Source: an uncultured bacterium (GTDB lineage Bacteria > Cyanobacteriota > Cyanobacteriia > Phormidesmidales > Phormidesmidaceae). From it: a stretch of DNA of 52,354 nt. The stretch covers positions 1 to 52,354 of the forward strand of contig CAYVMR010000001.1 in the NCBI GenBank assembly GCA_964452545.1. The letters run 5' to 3'. Below the pieces are notes generated by a model. It had not been told where the DNA came from. It saw nothing but the letters and a program-made list of their open reading frames with translations, and did not search any database. A program made the translations under genes and the position numbers. This document shows positions 49,936-52,354 of this stretch, in pieces. Positions within the stretch are counted from its first letter, which is position 1. Each line of letters starts with the position of its first letter.

Positions 49936-50799
49936 ATGGCCATTACCGCCCATACCCAATTGCTCGGCGTCCTGGGTGACCCGATTCACCACAGTCTCTC
50001 TCCCACCATGCACAATGCCGCCCTGGCGGAGTTGGGTCTCGACTATGTTTACCTGGCCTGGCCGGTGGCAGCGGCGGATCTAGCCACCGCCGTGGCCGGG
50101 TTGCGCGCGATCGGGGTGCGGGGGTTTAGCGTCACCATTCCCCACAAACAGGCGATTGTGCCCCTGCTGGCAGAGGTCACCCCAGAGGCGGCGGCGATCG
50201 GCGCCGTGAATACGGTTTGGGCGACACCCCAGGGTTGGGCCGGCACCAACACCGACGTGGCCGGCTTCATTGCCCCCCTGGCCGGGGGGCGCGACTGGAC
50301 TGGGGCCCGGGCCCTGGTGCTGGGTAATGGCGGGGCCGCCCGGGCGGCGGTGGCGGGCTGTGCCCACCTAGGGTTTGGGGCGATCGCCGTGGTGGGTCGA
50401 CAAGCCGCCAAATTAGCCAGCCTTCAATCAGACTGGACCAACTCCCCCCAGCCGCCGCCGCTGACAGTCCATCCCTGGGAGGATCTGCCCCACGCCCTGG
50501 CGGCGGTGGACCTGGTGGTCAACACCACCCCCCTAGGGATGGGGGCCCTAGCGGCGGAAAGCCCCCTGAGCGGGTTTGATCTAGCCCAACTACCCGACCA
50601 GGCAACGGTCTACGACCTGATCTACAATCCCCGCCCAACACGCCTATTACAGCTGGCGGCGGCCCGCGGCCTCACCCCCCTCGACGGCCTGGAAATGCTG
50701 GTGCAACAGGGGGCCGCCGCCCTCTCGATCTGGTTAGGGCAACCCGCCCCGGTGGACACGATGCGCCGCGCCCTGGTGAACTGGCTGGAGACGCATTAG
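49936..50799 (+). CDS. aroE: Shikimate dehydrogenase
   Basis: HSLSP.MHN, SVTIPHK, GAVNT, NTD, GNGGAARA, NTTPLGM and DLIYNP motifs. Confidence 0.95.
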   Translation: MAITAHTQLLGVLGDPIHHSLSPTMHNAALAELGLDYVYLAWPVAAADLATAVAGLRAIGVRGFSVTIPHKQAIVPLLAEVTPEAAAIGAVNTVWATPQGWAGTNTDVAGFIAPLAGGRDWTGARALVLGNGGAARAAVAGCAHLGFGAIAVVGRQAAKLASLQSDWTNSPQPPPLTVHPWEDLPHALAAVDLVVNTTPLGMGALAAESPLSGFDLAQLPDQATVYDLIYNPRPTRLLQLAAARGLTPLDGLEMLVQQGAAALSIWLGQPAPVDTMRRALVNWLETH

Positions 50800-50848
50800 A
50801 CTGAAGACGCATTAGAATAGATGGGACATGGGCCCATGGGAGGGAAGC

Positions 50849-51277
50849 ATGGTTCGACGGGCGATCGCCAGTCTAGTCTTAGTCATCGGCCTCTGGCTGG
50901 GCAGCAGCCTGGGGTTAACCGCCCAGGCCCTCACCCCCATTGAACTCAGCGATGTGCACTACGAATCCTGCCCGGCGGAATACGCCGAGGGCATGGTAAC
51001 GCCAGGTTCGGTGCAGGCCGCCAACTGCTACTTAATTTTAGGTAAGGCGATCAACCGCTCCGGCAAGCCAGTGATCAACGCCGACATCTTTGGCCGCATC
51101 TACGACGCCAACGACAACCCGGTGATGCAAAACCGCAACCGCCTGGGGTCCATCGACGAGGTCCCCCCCGGCGAGAGCGACTTCTCGATCCGCATTTCGG
51201 TCGCCGCCAACCAGCCCCAGCCCCTCAAACTCAAGCAATTTAGAGCCTCCGGCTTCACTGGCCAGGTGCGCCGCTAG
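50849..51277 (+). CDS. Hypothetical secreted protein (FxLYD-like beta-sandwich)
   Basis: Signal peptide (AQA-L), a Cys pair and ADIFGRIYDAN...QNR.RLG. Confidence 0.75.
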   Translation: MVRRAIASLVLVIGLWLGSSLGLTAQALTPIELSDVHYESCPAEYAEGMVTPGSVQAANCYLILGKAINRSGKPVINADIFGRIYDANDNPVMQNRNRLGSIDEVPPGESDFSIRISVAANQPQPLKLKQFRASGFTGQVRR

Positions 51278-51569
51278 GGCTAGACCAACCCATCGCCCTA
51301 CCGGCAGTTGACCGGCTCCAGAGCCAGACCGGCCGCCCCGGGACTCGCCCTCGGCTGAGCCAAGGATTGGGGTCCCCGGCCAGGGGCAGAAATTCTGCTC
51401 AGAAAAGTGGCAATTCTCAAACAAATTGTGTACCATTCGTTAGCTTAAATTGTCCAGGGTGGTCTCTCCCCCCTGGTCAGGCTCGAAACCTACCCTCCAG
51501 CCTGGGGTCATCTGACCCGGTGAGGGCGCTGAGCTAGGGAACGTTGGTCATCCAGTTGGGGACGCTGCT

Positions 51570-52354
51570 GTGGATAGCCTGAAGGCGATATTTAATCGAA
51601 AACCTCCTGGGGTGGGCATTGAACTGACTCCAGAACGGGTCAACCTCGCCCAGTTACGGAAGCAGGGTAGCACCCTCAAGATCGAGAGTCTAGCGTCAGT
51701 GGAGTTAGGCGAAGGCATTTACCAGGAGGGTGAGATCCTCGATGCCCCGGCCCTGGTGGATGCCATCCAAACCCTGTTGACGGAAAGTAAGTTAAGGGTC
51801 AAGCAGGCCAGCTCCGCCATTCCGGGACGGGCCATTGCCAAGATTATCCCGGTGCCGGCGGAGTTGGATGACAACGAGCTACGGGAGATGGTGCTCAACC
51901 AGGAGGCCAACCTCTACCTGCCCTTTCCCCGGGAGGAGGCGGATGTGGACTACCAAAAGCTGGGCTACTTCGTCGATGAAGATGGCATTGAAAAGGTGAA
52001 GGTGTTGCTGGTGGGGGTACGTAAGCAGTTGGTGGATCCCTACCTGGAGGTGTTTCAACAGGCGGGCCTCACCCTCAATGCCCTGGAAACCTCTAGCTTT
52101 GCCCTGATTCGCACGATTCGCGAGCAACTGCGCCAATTTACCTCCCAGGAGGCGGCGGCGCTGGTGGACATTGAGTTTGAAAACACAGAAATTTCCATTG
52201 TGGTGGATGGGGTGCCCCACTTTTCTAGGACAGTCCCCACCGGCACCTTCCAGATCCAGTCGGCCCTCAGCCGGGCCATGAACCTGCCCCCCTCTCGCCA
52301 TACCCAGTTGCTGCAGGGCATGACCGTGCCGGTGCAGGCCATGGATACGGTGGG
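51570..52354 (+). CDS. pilM: Type IV pilus assembly protein PilM, 3'-truncated by the window edge, not in the ORF track
   Basis: GTG 51570 opens MDSLKAIFNRKPPGVGIELTPERVNLAQL...IIPVPAELDDNELREMVLNQEANLYLPFPREEADVDYQKLG..., open to the end of the window. Confidence 0.92.
   Translation, partial: MDSLKAIFNRKPPGVGIELTPERVNLAQLRKQGSTLKIESLASVELGEGIYQEGEILDAPALVDAIQTLLTESKLRVKQASSAIPGRAIAKIIPVPAELDDNELREMVLNQEANLYLPFPREEADVDYQKLGYFVDEDGIEKVKVLLVGVRKQLVDPYLEVFQQAGLTLNALETSSFALIRTIREQLRQFTSQEAAALVDIEFENTEISIVVDGVPHFSRTVPTGTFQIQSALSRAMNLPPSRHTQLLQGMTVPVQAMDTV

Larger units (their letters stand above)
1..52354. repeat. HIP1 octamer GCGATCGC dispersed across the window
   Basis: Many copies, e.g. 1821-1828, 5084-5091, 46514-46521, 46615-46622 and 46634-46641. 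This is the cyanobacterial highly iterated palindrome. Confidence 0.9.

Noticed and set aside
47594..49943. Long antisense ORFs (47594..48208, 48282..48947, 49356..49943) and similar ones elsewhere
   Set aside because: Shadow frames of well-supported genes, caused by GC-rich codon bias. No recognisable motifs.

Overview
Ordinary, gene-dense chromosomal window from a GC-rich cyanobacterium. The evidence is abundant HIP1 GCGATCGC octamers, psbY and a panC-cmk fusion; a Nodosilinea/Leptolyngbya-like filamentous lineage is plausible but inferred. It holds about 53 CDS, mostly core genes: msrA (partial), fcl, rdgB, an NMT1/SsuA-type ABC importer, M20 and M17 peptidases, rpsN, tadA, gmd with two GT4 transferases, rpsB-tsf-hypothetical-recG, aroB, ampG, an ABC-F ATPase, gpmI-secG, ilvD, a SphS/PhoR-like kinase, rodZ, purM, rlpA, panC/cmk, aroE and pilM (partial). 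I saw no transposase, integrase, CRISPR array, tRNA or rRNA. Features missing from the ORF track are psbY (2207-2326, minus), pilM (from 51570) and a compact nitrogen-sensing unit at about 41861-42275. That unit has an NtcA box over the promoter, a glutamine (glnA-motif) riboswitch, a 56-aa triple-YRG (DUF4278-like) microprotein and a terminator. Other points of interest are the rpsB pseudoknot leader, two inverted paralogous PPP-type phosphatases bracketing an anti-sigma kinase and cell-wall block, a structured rlpA leader, a triple repeat upstream of gpmI and an apparent insertion in the D-Ala-D-Ala dipeptidase. All calls come from reading the sequence; no database searches were run.
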